Virus record (IMG/VR): IMGVR_UViG_3300044840_000109
Coordinates: 1-64,000 of that record
DNA: 64,000 bases
Reading direction: 5' to 3' (one strand)
From: a virus
Lineage: Duplodnaviria > Caudoviricetes
Shown here: positions 53,745 to 63,846 of the stretch, piece after piece
Layout: every line of letters starts with the position of its first letter
Numbering within the stretch: position 1 is the stretch's first letter
Position numbers and translations under genes: made by a program
Notes under the pieces: generated by a model
What the model saw: only the letters and a program-made list of their open reading frames with translations
Database searches by the model: none
Told to the model about the DNA's origin: nothing

Positions 53745-55262
53745 TTAAACCCCGCCGCTGGCGGACATGATGAGCGTGCCGTACTCGGGGATCTCCCAGT
53801 CGCGGCACAGGATGTCGGCGACACCGGTCAGCGGCATGTCGTAGCGCGCCATGATCGGGATCTGCACGTAGTCGACTCCGGCGACCTCCTGCATCACCTC
53901 GTACATGCGGCTGAGCGAGACACGTCCGCCGAATGTCGTCTGCGAGGTGGCGAACGCGTTCTGCCACGCCGCCTGCACGGCCGCCTGCACGTTGGCGCGC
54001 CGGTAGCGCGGCTTGACCCCGAGAATGACCGGCGACGTCGAGGATCCCAGGTTGATGTAGACCTGGGTGCCGTTGAAGCACGTTACCGTCGCCCCGGACA
54101 GCGCCAGCGGCTGCACGTACGCCACCACCGAGTCGAGCTGCGCCTGGCTCAACGTGTTGTTGTTCGGGCCGATGACGTAGATGGCGATGGAGGCGTTGGA
54201 GGTGCCCACCGCCTTGGCGTCGGCCACGCCGGGCACGGTGAGCGCCAGGTTCGCGAAGTCGGCCAGGGCGACCGCGCGGCCCTGCGCGGAGAACTGGCGC
54301 GGGGCGTTCGCGCGGATGGAGTCGAGGGATTCCTGGTCTGCTCCGCCCGACATCTGGGTGGACCCGTTGATGGGTTCGATCTGCACGCCGGGGACGGCGG
54401 TGGCCAGGTCTACGATGGCGCCCGCAGGCTGGTTTCCGTAACTGCCGCCGCCGGTACGGTAGTTGGCTGTGATGAGCATGTTGGTCGGCGGGATCGCACC
54501 GTTGACGCCGTCGCCGAACGTCACATGCGTGACACCGGTGTCGTCGGTGGAGGCGGTGAAAATCTGGGCCGTGGCTGGCTGCAGCAGGAAATCCGGCTGC
54601 GCGATCCACTCGGTGCCGCCGCTCCCGTCATCGATGATCACGCGGACCGTGGACAGCAGCACCGGCGATTGCGCCAGCGCCAGCATCTGCGTCGCGGTTC
54701 CATCCGAGACGCCCAGGTCCTCCACCAGGACCGGCAGTCCGGTCGCGTACAGCGTCACCGCCCGCGAGCCCTGTGTGCGCCCCTCCAGGACCGACGCCGG
54801 CACCGAGATGTCCGAGCCGGTCCACGCGGGCACCGTCACCGCGACCGTCGTCTCGAACACCACCGGCGCGTCGAGCGCCGGCTGGAACGCCGTCACCACC
54901 TGCGTCCCGGCCGGGAGCACGAACGGAGAAGTGAGCGCCACGGTGGGAGCGAACGACACCACCCCGCCGGCCGGTGTCGCGGGATAGGGGGTGTACCCGA
55001 GCTGCTGGGCTATGGCCGTCACGCTGGAGCGCTGGGTAGCGGTCGCCAGAAACCCCTCGTCTATGATTCGGTCCTGGTAAAAGGAGATGATGTCCCCGAA
55101 ATAGGCGAACAGCTCCACCAGCATCACGCCGAAATCCGACGGGGACCGCGACGTCCAGGTCGGCAGCACCTGCGTGGCGTAGTCCAGCAGCGATTCCCGG
55201 TAGCCCACATAGTCGCGCGACGTGTAGTCAATCGCGGCGACAAGCCCTGGATCGGCGGCCAT
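53745..55262 (-). CDS. baseplate J-like protein
   Basis: IDYTSRDY; D.G..LVELFAY; GDG..G..P; GG.D.ES...IR; RAV...D. Confidence 0.9.
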   Translation of the reverse strand: MAADPGLVAAIDYTSRDYVGYRESLLDYATQVLPTWTSRSPSDFGVMLVELFAYFGDIISFYQDRIIDEGFLATATQRSSVTAIAQQLGYTPYPATPAGGVVSFAPTVALTSPFVLPAGTQVVTAFQPALDAPVVFETTVAVTVPAWTGSDISVPASVLEGRTQGSRAVTLYATGLPVLVEDLGVSDGTATQMLALAQSPVLLSTVRVIIDDGSGGTEWIAQPDFLLQPATAQIFTASTDDTGVTHVTFGDGVNGAIPPTNMLITANYRTGGGSYGNQPAGAIVDLATAVPGVQIEPINGSTQMSGGADQESLDSIRANAPRQFSAQGRAVALADFANLALTVPGVADAKAVGTSNASIAIYVIGPNNNTLSQAQLDSVVAYVQPLALSGATVTCFNGTQVYINLGSSTSPVILGVKPRYRRANVQAAVQAAWQNAFATSQTTFGGRVSLSRMYEVMQEVAGVDYVQIPIMARYDMPLTGVADILCRDWEIPEYGTLIMSASGGV

Positions 55263-55358
55263 GCGGGCACCCTTTCGATTCCCCAGCCGAACCGAATAAG
55301 TGACGAGTGCTGGCCTATTTACCTGCGAGTCTACGAACCGCGCGCAATTACACGGTAA

Positions 55359-55787
55359 TCACACCCCCAGCGGGCTCACCGTTCCTCCAGCGGAAATCCC
55401 CACCACCCGCGTGGTCCCCGACTCCGCACCCGGAGTATCCGACCGCGCCACCTGCACGTCGATGTTCACCAGCCCCAGGGAGTCGTTGGTGGAACTGGTG
55501 ATGCCCGTGATCACCGCACTGGGCTCCCACGTCGCGGTGGCGTCCTTGACCGCGAGCTGCAGCTGCACGTTGGCGATGTCCGGTGGCATGAACAGGGATG
55601 CGGCGCTGTTGACGCCGTAGGTGGTGCGCATGACGCGCTCACCGGGCACCGTGGCCACCAGCGCCTGCACCCGGTCCAGCAGCTGCAGCCCGCCGTCCGT
55701 GGTGGTCGACAGGGAGCCGCCCGGGTCGATCGCGAAGGGAAGGCGCACGGTGACGGAATCCGACACCGCCTGCACGGGAGTGGACAT
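55359..55787 (-). CDS. gp25/GPW-like baseplate wedge protein
   Basis: T.PGERVMR..YG; WEP. Confidence 0.85.
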   Translation of the reverse strand: MSTPVQAVSDSVTVRLPFAIDPGGSLSTTTDGGLQLLDRVQALVATVPGERVMRTTYGVNSAASLFMPPDIANVQLQLAVKDATATWEPSAVITGITSSTNDSLGLVNIDVQVARSDTPGAESGTTRVVGISAGGTVSPLGV

Positions 55788-55796
55788 GTCGTCTCC

Positions 55797-56450
55797 TTAC
55801 ACCAGGGGGAATTTTCCGTAGAGATGGAAACAGTCGTTCTGCGCGGCCGTCACGATGACTAGCTCCAGCGTCCCGGCCGTCAAAATCCCGAAGATCACCG
55901 TCGCCTTGAACGCGAACGCGCTGGTCACATGCACACCGGTGACGCGCCACCGCCGAGCTGGGCGAAAGGCCACCGGCAGGGCGGTGGTGATCGGGTAGGT
56001 GCCGGCCGCGGCGCCGGATGACAGTGTCAGGCGCATGGTGCACGCGATCTCCACGCTCCCGGTGCCGTCCAGGCGGTACTGCAGCGGCGCGAACGTCCCC
56101 CCGACGTCGCCGCCCGCCCAGTTCGTGGCATACCCCGGCGTCGACCAGGGCCCCGGTGCCGGGGTGGCGCCCACGATGGGGGCCGTGATCTGCACGTCAC
56201 CCTGGATCCCGTTGACGGACGACACCAGGGGGCGGGAGGGCCAGTACACGGGGTAGTTCTGGTCGCTGCCCGCATACGTCATCTCCACCTGGTCGCCGGC
56301 CTGAGGGAGTCCTGGCACCACGGGCGCCGCCCACCCGGTCACCGCTTCCCCGTGCACCTGCGGCACGTACAGCCTGACCCGGCCCGCGCCCGTGGGGTCG
56401 TTGGCGTCGACCACGACCGCGCTATAGGTCCCACTGAAGGTGTCCATCAC
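55797..56450 (-). CDS. baseplate spike (gp5/gpV OB-fold)
   Basis: Y.A.V....DP...GRV...VP; WA.P; P..GD.V...Y..D..YPVY. Confidence 0.85.
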   Translation of the reverse strand: MMDTFSGTYSAVVVDANDPTGAGRVRLYVPQVHGEAVTGWAAPVVPGLPQAGDQVEMTYAGSDQNYPVYWPSRPLVSSVNGIQGDVQITAPIVGATPAPGPWSTPGYATNWAGGDVGGTFAPLQYRLDGTGSVEIACTMRLTLSSGAAAGTYPITTALPVAFRPARRWRVTGVHVTSAFAFKATVIFGILTAGTLELVIVTAAQNDCFHLYGKFPLV

Positions 56451-57646
56451 GCCGCCTTCAAATACTGCGAGCGCCAGCGCCCGGCCACCAGCGTGGTCGG
56501 TGGCATCGTCGGTACCGCCTGCTGCACCGGAAGGGCCAGCGAACGCGCGTCGTCACGCCCCAGCACCAACGTGCAGGTGTATTCGGTTTTCGCGGCCGAG
56601 GCGTGGTTGATCGCCAGCGTGTGCGTGGCCGCACGCACCATCCACAGCCCCGTGTTCTCGCTGCCCACCCCCGACCCCTCGATGTCGATCAAGGACCCGG
56701 GCTTGAGGCGCGAGTCTCCATTGGTCACCGCCCGCGCCTCCACCCACAGATACGGGGTGTCCCCGTCCAGCAGCGTCGCCGCTTCCGTGTAGGACCCGGC
56801 CGGATGCCCGGAATACTGCTGAGTGACCAGCGGGGCCACCGCGTTGCCCTGCACGCCGGTGCGCGTCTGGGTGAACACCGCCTGCGAACGCACCCCGCTG
56901 ACCGCGTTGAGCGCGGACGTCTGGAACTGCGCACGAATCCCACCGGCCGGGTCGGTGTCACCCACGATCGAGGTGAACTCCCGCAGCGAATTCACGACGC
57001 CGGGCGTCTTGTCCTGCCGCATCACCGGCACCGAACCATCCCTGGCGGGCATCACCGTCCTACGGTTCACGAACCACAACACCGTGCCGTCCAGGAACAG
57101 GCGGTACCCCACCCGCGATGTCAGGTCCGCCAGGAAGCCCCAGTCCGACTGGGTCTGCATCCGCGAGGTGTACCGCACCGTGGAAACGTCCACCTGCGGC
57201 TGAAAATTGTGCGAAGTCGCGATCGACGTCGCCAGGTACGAGGGCGACACGTCGGACCACGACCGGTTCACCCGCGACTGCATCGGCATACTCGCCCCCA
57301 CCAGCGTGTACACCACCGGCACCACCACCGCGTACCCGAACCGGTCATCGCGCTCGGAGGCCTGCACCCGCGACGAGGCCACGTACCCGTAGAAGTCACC
57401 GTTGTCGTCCGACCACCACCCGTACTGCAGGTGCACGGGGCTTCCCTCCGCCCACACCGCAGTGCCCGCCGGAGAGACCTGCTCCTGCGAGGGGATGGAG
57501 GTATTGAGCACGTGCGCCACCGTCAGCTCCACCACCTGGTGGGACTGCTCGGCCAGCCAGCACGTCATATCCCGCACCCAGTAGGTCGAGGGCAGGTCGG
57601 GAAGCACGACGTTCACATGCGGGGAATAGACATTACGCCAGGCCAC
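56447..57646 (-). CDS. baseplate hub (gpD/gp27-like)
   Basis: Q.QSDW.FL..L; G...L.PG..I.I.G.G....G.W.V....H. Confidence 0.85.
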   Translation of the reverse strand: MAWRNVYSPHVNVVLPDLPSTYWVRDMTCWLAEQSHQVVELTVAHVLNTSIPSQEQVSPAGTAVWAEGSPVHLQYGWWSDDNGDFYGYVASSRVQASERDDRFGYAVVVPVVYTLVGASMPMQSRVNRSWSDVSPSYLATSIATSHNFQPQVDVSTVRYTSRMQTQSDWGFLADLTSRVGYRLFLDGTVLWFVNRRTVMPARDGSVPVMRQDKTPGVVNSLREFTSIVGDTDPAGGIRAQFQTSALNAVSGVRSQAVFTQTRTGVQGNAVAPLVTQQYSGHPAGSYTEAATLLDGDTPYLWVEARAVTNGDSRLKPGSLIDIEGSGVGSENTGLWMVRAATHTLAINHASAAKTEYTCTLVLGRDDARSLALPVQQAVPTMPPTTLVAGRWRSQYLKAA

Positions 57647-57917
57647 GGGGCACCATCACCGCCGTCCCAGCCGCCGGCGCCGTCCAATCCAGCACCGACG
57701 GATTCGCCCGCGCCAGCACCCACCACGCATCCTCCGCCCGGTAGTGCGCCGCCCCCAGCAGGTCCACCCGCGACCGCCCTGTCCACAGCGTGTCCCGCAC
57801 CCGCAACGACACCGCCGACGGCGTCTGGTGCACGATCGCCAGCTGCGCTGACCCGTCGCGGCCGGCGAACAGCGCGGTCTGGTTGGTCTGGTAGCGCGAG
57901 GTGCGCGAAATAGCCAC
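57633..57917 (-). CDS. tail X / LysM-like protein
   Basis: SRY; R.DL....Y.....WW.LA.ANP...G..V.VP. Confidence 0.8.
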   Translation of the reverse strand: MAISRTSRYQTNQTALFAGRDGSAQLAIVHQTPSAVSLRVRDTLWTGRSRVDLLGAAHYRAEDAWWVLARANPSVLDWTAPAAGTAVMVPRGLA

Positions 57918-57928
57918 GGAAAATCCCC

Positions 57929-58744
57929 TCACTGCCAGCCGGCGGACGACATGAGCTGCATGGTGAGGTTGACACCGCACCGAAAGGGAATCATCCGCTG
58001 ATTGAAATGCGTGAAGCTAATAGACATCGACGTGACATACCCGAAATACCGCATCAGCGAGATGTCCGGCATCATCATCGCCGGCGTCGTGGACTGTTGG
58101 GTCTGCCCGTAGTTGCCGCCCAGGATCAGCGGGAAAACCGCCCAGATCGGCAGCATCTGCATCGTTCCGTACACCGAATTGGACGAGATCGTTCCCTTCG
58201 CCCCCTTGCCCGCCACCGACACCAGTGCGTTGGCCTGGTCCGCGGCGCTCAGCGGCATCGTGATCCCGGTCAATCCCTTCAACACGTGCATGTCCACCAG
58301 GACCCCGAGGTCGTGAGCGAACCCGCTCTTCCCGTAATTCACCTCGTAGGTCCGGTCGAAAAGCAGCGAGAAATTCAGTGTGCCGCCCGTGCCCACGATC
58401 GCGGTGCCGGTATCCGCCGAGGAGCGCAGGAACGCCGGCGTCACACCGTTGTTGGTGTCCAGCGAGTACGACTCGTCAATCTCCGAAGGGTTGTAGAGGA
58501 ACAGCAGGGTGTAGAAAGCAGTCGCCGTGGTCGACGCCGACGGAACATCGGTACCACCACCGATCGGAATGCTCGCCATGGTGATGCCGGGGGAGGCCGT
58601 CTGCATGTAGCCCTTGGTCAGATTCCCGTGCGGCAGCGTCGGGTCCTTCACCACCGCCGTGGGCGGAAACGCGGTGATCCGCGAATCGAACGCCGGATTG
58701 ATCGTCGGGCCCAAGGCCTTCGGAGTCGTAGAGGCAGCCATCAC
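57929..58744 (-). CDS. tube-initiator-like baseplate protein
   Basis: F.YNP.EI; L.F.LLFD; GYV.S.SI.FT.F....P. Confidence 0.75.
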   Translation of the reverse strand: MMAASTTPKALGPTINPAFDSRITAFPPTAVVKDPTLPHGNLTKGYMQTASPGITMASIPIGGGTDVPSASTTATAFYTLLFLYNPSEIDESYSLDTNNGVTPAFLRSSADTGTAIVGTGGTLNFSLLFDRTYEVNYGKSGFAHDLGVLVDMHVLKGLTGITMPLSAADQANALVSVAGKGAKGTISSNSVYGTMQMLPIWAVFPLILGGNYGQTQQSTTPAMMMPDISLMRYFGYVTSMSISFTHFNQRMIPFRCGVNLTMQLMSSAGWQ

Positions 58745-61569
58745 CAGCCACCCATCAACGTCTTGATCCGGTCGTCAGCGGCAACGAAATCAACGAACGA
58801 CTTCGCCGCGGTCTTCGCACCGTCCGAAGTGGCCGACGGCATCTGCACCACCACCGCACCCGCGCTGAAATTGATCGACACTGCACCACCGGCCCCGCCG
58901 CGCACACCCTGCGCCGCAGAACGCCGCGCGTCACGGGCCTGGTTGGCGTTGAGCACCATCTCGCCGCCATGCAGGTGCGCCAGCTGGTCGCCCACCACCT
59001 CGCTGATCCCCGAGGAATACCAGTTGTTGGACTGCTCATGGGCCCACGCACCAGCCGGGTCGCCATAGCGACCCCTGATGTAGTTCAGACCCCACGAAAT
59101 CTGCGACTTGGCATCGCCCAGGTTGAACGGGTGACCATGCCCGAGCGCCTGCGGAATCCCATAGGCTCCCGATCCCTTGTTCACCGAATTGGCGTCCCAG
59201 GTCGACTCCTGATTCCACAGTTTGAAAAGGTCAACGAACTGCGTGCCCGTCCACCCGGCCGCTGCCGCCATCTGCTGACCCAGCGCCACGTTCGCCTTCT
59301 CCGCCGCGGTGTAACCGCCCGTGTTGACGCCGCTGGGCAGCGAACCGCCGCCGGTCGCACTGGCACCGGCCGTAGCACCCTGCGTCGGCGCCGTGTCCGC
59401 ACCCGACCCCGACCCCGAGGGCCCCCCCGAGGAGCCCCCGGAGAACCCACCGCCGTTCAGCACCGCCTCCAGCGCCGCGACCTCCGAACCACCCAACGCA
59501 GCAGCGCCAGCCGAACCTGACCCGATGCCCCCCTGCGTCGCCGACGCAGCGCCCGGCGTACCGCCGCCCAGGGTCGACGTCACCGAACCGATGCCACCGG
59601 CAACCCGCTTGGCGAATTTCCAGTTCGGGTCCTGACTGATTTTCTCGAACTTCACGACATCGCCGGTGTGCGGCGCCTCCAGCACCGTGTCAGCGCCGGT
59701 CACCAATCCGACATGCGAAGCCGTTCCCGGAGTCCCGTAGAAGACCAGGTCACCTGGACGCGCTTCCGACACCGGCACCGTGACGCCGGGCGTACCCGAC
59801 CCCGACTGCGCCTGCGACGTGCGCGGCAGCGAAATACCACCCGCCCGCCACGCTCCCTGCGTGAACGAGGAGCAGTCCCACACATGCGGACCCTCCCCGC
59901 CATATACGTAAGGATCGCCCAGGTGCTTCTCACCCCATGCCAGCGCAGCAGAGAAATTACCGGTAGGAGCACCACCTCCAGCACCAGAAGCCACAGCATT
60001 CTGAGAACCCCCTGCCGCACTAGAAGCGTTGCCGCCGAGGCCGCTGGGCGACTTCGCCGTGACCTTGGCCGGCGTCTTCGGACTCGGAGTGGGCCTGCCA
60101 ACGCCGCGCTGGTAGGGAAGAGATGCCGACTTCGGCGCACCCGGGTCACCGCCCATGCCCGTCTCATAGCCCAGCAGGCCGCCGATGCCGCCCGTCTGGT
60201 ACGCCCCGATAACGCCGGTGAACGGTGCCAGCACCTTTTGCAGCAGCGTATTGATATCCGCCAGCGTGTTGGCCGACGCCTTCGCCGCATCCAAATATGT
60301 CGCGCTGGACGCCAGGTAACCGTTGGCCTGCTTCCCCTGCAAAACATTCTGCGCCTCGGAAAGCGTCGACCCAATGGGAAGCTGATACTTCTCCATCGTC
60401 GCGTACGCGCTCCTACCGGCCTTACTGGTGGGGTCGGCCGAGAACGTATTCAGGGTCTTCTGCGCCTGCTCCAGCGTCATCCCCGGCAGGCCCTTCACCG
60501 TCGGCGACGTCAGCTTGTTCTCTGCCTTCAGCTGATTGATGATCGCCTGCTGCTCCTGGCCGCTGAGCCCGATCTGATTCCCATAGGCCGCGACAGAAGA
60601 CGCCAGCGTGCCGCCCGTCGTGATCTCAGCGGCGAACGACTTCTGCGACAGGTTCTGGAAACCGCCGATATTCGCGTTCACGCGGTTGGCGAGAGAATTC
60701 ATCGTCGCCATACCGGAGTCCTGCGTACCACCGAACCCTCGCGCCGGAGTCAGCCCCATCATCTGCGCCGCGTAATATGCGTTGGTCGTGGAGAACTTCC
60801 CCTGCATCGTCGCAGCAGCCTGCGTACCCATCCCCGGGTTCAGCATCGCCATGGTGGAGGCCGCGTTCAGCAGCCCCGGCTGACTCGCCTGGTACGCCTG
60901 CTGATTAATGGTCAGCGACGCCCCGAACATATCCGAGGCGCTATTGCTCCAGAACTGACCGCCGCCCCGCTGCGCCATGTACCCGTAGGACCGCGCCAGC
61001 GTGCCGCCGGTCTGACCCTGGGTCTGGTTGGACAGCATCATCTGCCGCGAGTACGCGTCCAGCGCGGTCGCGTACGTCTTCTCCCCGCCGCCCCACCCGG
61101 ACACCACCGAGCCAACGGCCTCTACGCCGGCACGGGCGACGCGACCACCCAGGTACGCGGCCCGCTGACCCATCGTCGCTTCGCCCTGGGGGCCGCGCCC
61201 GAACAGCGTGGAAGAGAATCCCGACGCCGCCGAACGCGCTCCCTGGGCCAGGGTGCTCTGCGCCGCGACCTGCGCCCGCAGCCGCGCCGGCGCACCCAGC
61301 TGGTTGGCCACCGACGGCGAGGAACCGAACGTCCCGGTGCCCGAACTACCCACCGTGGATCCACGACCCTCGGCGGCAGCCTGGAGACCCTGCGGGGCGC
61401 GGGTGCGCGTCAGCTGGGCACGCAGCTCGGTCACCGCGGTCCGGAACTCGTCCACGCCATGCTGGAACGCCGTAGTGCCCAGCACCGTGCCGTTGGCGAT
61501 GGACCCGGCCGGACTCGACGCAGCCGGCTCCGGCTCCGGGGTCACCCCCCCGGACGGGCTCGCGGTCAC
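58741..61569 (-). CDS. tape measure protein with NlpC/P60 and SLT domains
   Basis: Ala/Gly/Gln helical N-terminus; G.PYVYGG...DCSS...H; ES.W.A......AYGIPQALG; HLH.GE.VL. Confidence 0.88.
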   Translation of the reverse strand: MTASPSGGVTPEPEPAASSPAGSIANGTVLGTTAFQHGVDEFRTAVTELRAQLTRTRAPQGLQAAAEGRGSTVGSSGTGTFGSSPSVANQLGAPARLRAQVAAQSTLAQGARSAASGFSSTLFGRGPQGEATMGQRAAYLGGRVARAGVEAVGSVVSGWGGGEKTYATALDAYSRQMMLSNQTQGQTGGTLARSYGYMAQRGGGQFWSNSASDMFGASLTINQQAYQASQPGLLNAASTMAMLNPGMGTQAAATMQGKFSTTNAYYAAQMMGLTPARGFGGTQDSGMATMNSLANRVNANIGGFQNLSQKSFAAEITTGGTLASSVAAYGNQIGLSGQEQQAIINQLKAENKLTSPTVKGLPGMTLEQAQKTLNTFSADPTSKAGRSAYATMEKYQLPIGSTLSEAQNVLQGKQANGYLASSATYLDAAKASANTLADINTLLQKVLAPFTGVIGAYQTGGIGGLLGYETGMGGDPGAPKSASLPYQRGVGRPTPSPKTPAKVTAKSPSGLGGNASSAAGGSQNAVASGAGGGAPTGNFSAALAWGEKHLGDPYVYGGEGPHVWDCSSFTQGAWRAGGISLPRTSQAQSGSGTPGVTVPVSEARPGDLVFYGTPGTASHVGLVTGADTVLEAPHTGDVVKFEKISQDPNWKFAKRVAGGIGSVTSTLGGGTPGAASATQGGIGSGSAGAAALGGSEVAALEAVLNGGGFSGGSSGGPSGSGSGADTAPTQGATAGASATGGGSLPSGVNTGGYTAAEKANVALGQQMAAAAGWTGTQFVDLFKLWNQESTWDANSVNKGSGAYGIPQALGHGHPFNLGDAKSQISWGLNYIRGRYGDPAGAWAHEQSNNWYSSGISEVVGDQLAHLHGGEMVLNANQARDARRSAAQGVRGGAGGAVSINFSAGAVVVQMPSATSDGAKTAAKSFVDFVAADDRIKTLMGGW

Positions 61570-62516
61570 AGCCGCGCCCGATTCTGCACGGAGTGGTCGA
61601 TCTTAGGAGCCTCCGCCGACTTCTTGAGCCCGTGCCCGATCAGCTTCACCAGGTGGCCGCTTACCTTGGACAGGCGCCCGCGCATCTCCTTCTCGTGCAC
61701 CGCGCGCGTCCGAGCCACCTTGTCCGCAGCGCTGGCATGCTCGCGCGCCGCCTTGGTGTGCTCGCGCTCCAGCGTCTTCACCTGCTGGTGGATGCCCCGC
61801 AGCGCCTTCACGTGCCCGGCCGCGACCTTGGTCTCCTTGCCCATCTGCCGCACGGTCTTGGCATCATGGCTCGTGGCGATCTTCGCCCGCTTGGTCACGT
61901 CTTCATGCCGCTGCGCTTCCTTGTTGCGCACTGCCGTGACGTTGTCGGCCGCGCGCTCCTTGTGCCCCCGCTCCTTCGTCCGCGCATCGCGCAGCGTGGC
62001 CGCCACCACGGGGCCGGCCACCGCCGAGGCATGCACGGCCCGCCCCGTCTTTTTGTAATCCTTGTGGAGCCTCTTGAGGTCAGACTTGGCCCCCTTGTGC
62101 TCGTCGGACGCCTTGCCGTGTTCCTTTTTCGCGGCCTTGATGACGTCGTGCTGCTGCTCGATTTCGACTCGCTTGGCACGGTGCGCGGACAGGTTCTTTC
62201 CATGCACATTCTGTGCGTGCCGCGCTTCGTTCTCCGCGACCTTGCGTGCCTTCGTGGCATCGACAATCCGATGGTCCGACTTGGGCGCCGCCTGCGCCTG
62301 CTTAACCGCCGTGCTGGCGTTCTTCTTGGACTCGGCGACGGCCCCGCTGGCACGCTCACGGGTGTCCGCATGCGTGTCTCGCGCCGCGGCCTGGCGCTTC
62401 TGCTGGTGGGCATAATTCTCCCGCGCGACCTCCAGCATGTGCGAGGTCTCACCCGATTCCAGGTGCTCCCCCCCGCCATGCAGGAAGTGCGGAGTGAGGT
62501 GGTTCTCGCTGCTCAT
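61566..62516 (-). CDS. His/Lys/Ala-rich coiled-coil protein
   Basis: ATGA/GTGA overlaps; GC3-biased; very basic and His-rich. Confidence 0.75.
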   Translation of the reverse strand: MSSENHLTPHFLHGGGEHLESGETSHMLEVARENYAHQQKRQAAARDTHADTRERASGAVAESKKNASTAVKQAQAAPKSDHRIVDATKARKVAENEARHAQNVHGKNLSAHRAKRVEIEQQHDVIKAAKKEHGKASDEHKGAKSDLKRLHKDYKKTGRAVHASAVAGPVVAATLRDARTKERGHKERAADNVTAVRNKEAQRHEDVTKRAKIATSHDAKTVRQMGKETKVAAGHVKALRGIHQQVKTLEREHTKAAREHASAADKVARTRAVHEKEMRGRLSKVSGHLVKLIGHGLKKSAEAPKIDHSVQNRARL

Positions 62517-62779
62517 GTCAGGCTCGCTGCGTTCGAGGGCGCGCTACCGCCCGCAGGAGGCCCCGTACGACCCTTCTTGCCCCCGCCCCCGCCACCGCTG
62601 AACTGCATCGGATTGAGGCTCTTCGCGGCCGTGCCGCTCTCGCCGCCGGCAGCGGCACCAGCTCCGCCTTCGGCTGCTGCGCCGCCTGCTGACGCCGCGC
62701 CTTCGACGGCGCTGCCAGCCAGGACCTCGGCACCGACTTCGGCGCCTACTTCTGCTGCGACGGGGAGGAGGAACGCCAT
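62513..62779 (-). CDS. Ala/Gly-rich low-complexity protein
   Basis: AAGGCGG RBS; AEVG repeats, poly-Gly. Confidence 0.65.
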   Translation of the reverse strand: MAFLLPVAAEVGAEVGAEVLAGSAVEGAASAGGAAAEGGAGAAAGGESGTAAKSLNPMQFSGGGGGGKKGRTGPPAGGSAPSNAASLT

Positions 62780-62826
62780 GGTGCACCGCCTTATTGCTTG
62801 TTACTGGAATTCTATGGACGGCGCTT

Positions 62827-62973
62827 TTATCGCTGGAACTCCCAGAGCGCTCTTTTGATCCAGTGGCGGCGCTCGCGAATGGAGAGCGCCTTGATGGTGT
62901 CCAGGGGCCATCCGCCGTGGTGGCGACTCAGGATCTCGAAATCAGCGAACGCGGATTGGTAATTGGACTCAAC
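62827..62973 (-). CDS. tail assembly chaperone extension (+1 frame, no own start)
   Basis: VESNYQSAFADFEILSRHHGGWPLDTIKALSIRERRHWIKRALWEFQR; W...I..L..RER.W motif. Confidence 0.7.
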   Translation of the reverse strand, partial: VESNYQSAFADFEILSRHHGGWPLDTIKALSIRERRHWIKRALWEFQR

Positions 62974-63823
62974 GAAACAGCATGGCCAGGGTCAGTGGCA
63001 GCGCTACCTCCTGATCGCACACCTCATGGACGAACTTGCAATCGTTGAAGCGCGGGCCGGGCTGCGTGTCGATGAGGAAATTCATCAGGGTGAACCGGTC
63101 GCCCATGGGCAACGTCTTCGGTAGTTCCGCGCTGGCCTTGGAGGTGCTGCCGTCGGCGTGCTCGACCCGCAGGATGCAGCGGCCGAGCATGAGGGAGTTC
63201 TGCACGGCGTCGAGCGTGGTGTTCAGCGACCGGATCGCCATCTGGTCCGCGCCGTTTGGCAGCCGCACGTAGCCCGTCGCGCCGTGGCGCAGCGGTACAG
63301 CGAACTCGGTCTGCTCCGGGTCCTCCAGGTGGCGCACGGGCACCTCGTCCAGGGCGAATTGGACATCGCTGCGTTCCCCGCAGTGCGGGCAGGGGAGGTT
63401 TTCGAAGTCCACCGTCTCGCCGAAGGTGACGCGGCGGATACCGAGGATCAGGGCCTCGCGGTCGCCGATGAGCAGCTGGTCGGCGACCGTCTTGGACATG
63501 GACTGTGTGCCCACGGTGCGGGTGCCCCTGATGACCAGGGTTTCCAGGAGCTTGGCGGAGTCCGCGCCGCAGCGGGCCAGGGCCTCTTCGTCCAGGCCGG
63601 ACAGCTCGCGGACCTCGGCGTCGCGGTGGAACTCGCCGTTGATCTGCAGCCCCTGTTCCAGTTGCAGGTGGGTGTCAGGCGCCGGCTTGATGACGGGCAT
63701 GTCGGTGCCGCGGTCGGAGGTGAGGAGGGCGGCCGTCGCGGCGACCGCCTCCTCCGGGTTCTCCAGCGCGCTGATCGCCGTGCCGACGAAGTTGTCGAAA
63801 TCGGGGAGAGGGGGCATGGCCAT
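62969..63823 (-). CDS. tail assembly chaperone / baseplate hub assembly protein
   Basis: VRELSG.DEE; L..GDR..L.L.IR..T.G; CP.CG; ends LFR at TTT CGT TGA. Confidence 0.8.
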   Translation of the reverse strand: MAMPPLPDFDNFVGTAISALENPEEAVAATAALLTSDRGTDMPVIKPAPDTHLQLEQGLQINGEFHRDAEVRELSGLDEEALARCGADSAKLLETLVIRGTRTVGTQSMSKTVADQLLIGDREALILGIRRVTFGETVDFENLPCPHCGERSDVQFALDEVPVRHLEDPEQTEFAVPLRHGATGYVRLPNGADQMAIRSLNTTLDAVQNSLMLGRCILRVEHADGSTSKASAELPKTLPMGDRFTLMNFLIDTQPGPRFNDCKFVHEVCDQEVALPLTLAMLFR

Positions 63824-63846
63824 ATCTGAGTCCTAGTGCGTTTCGG

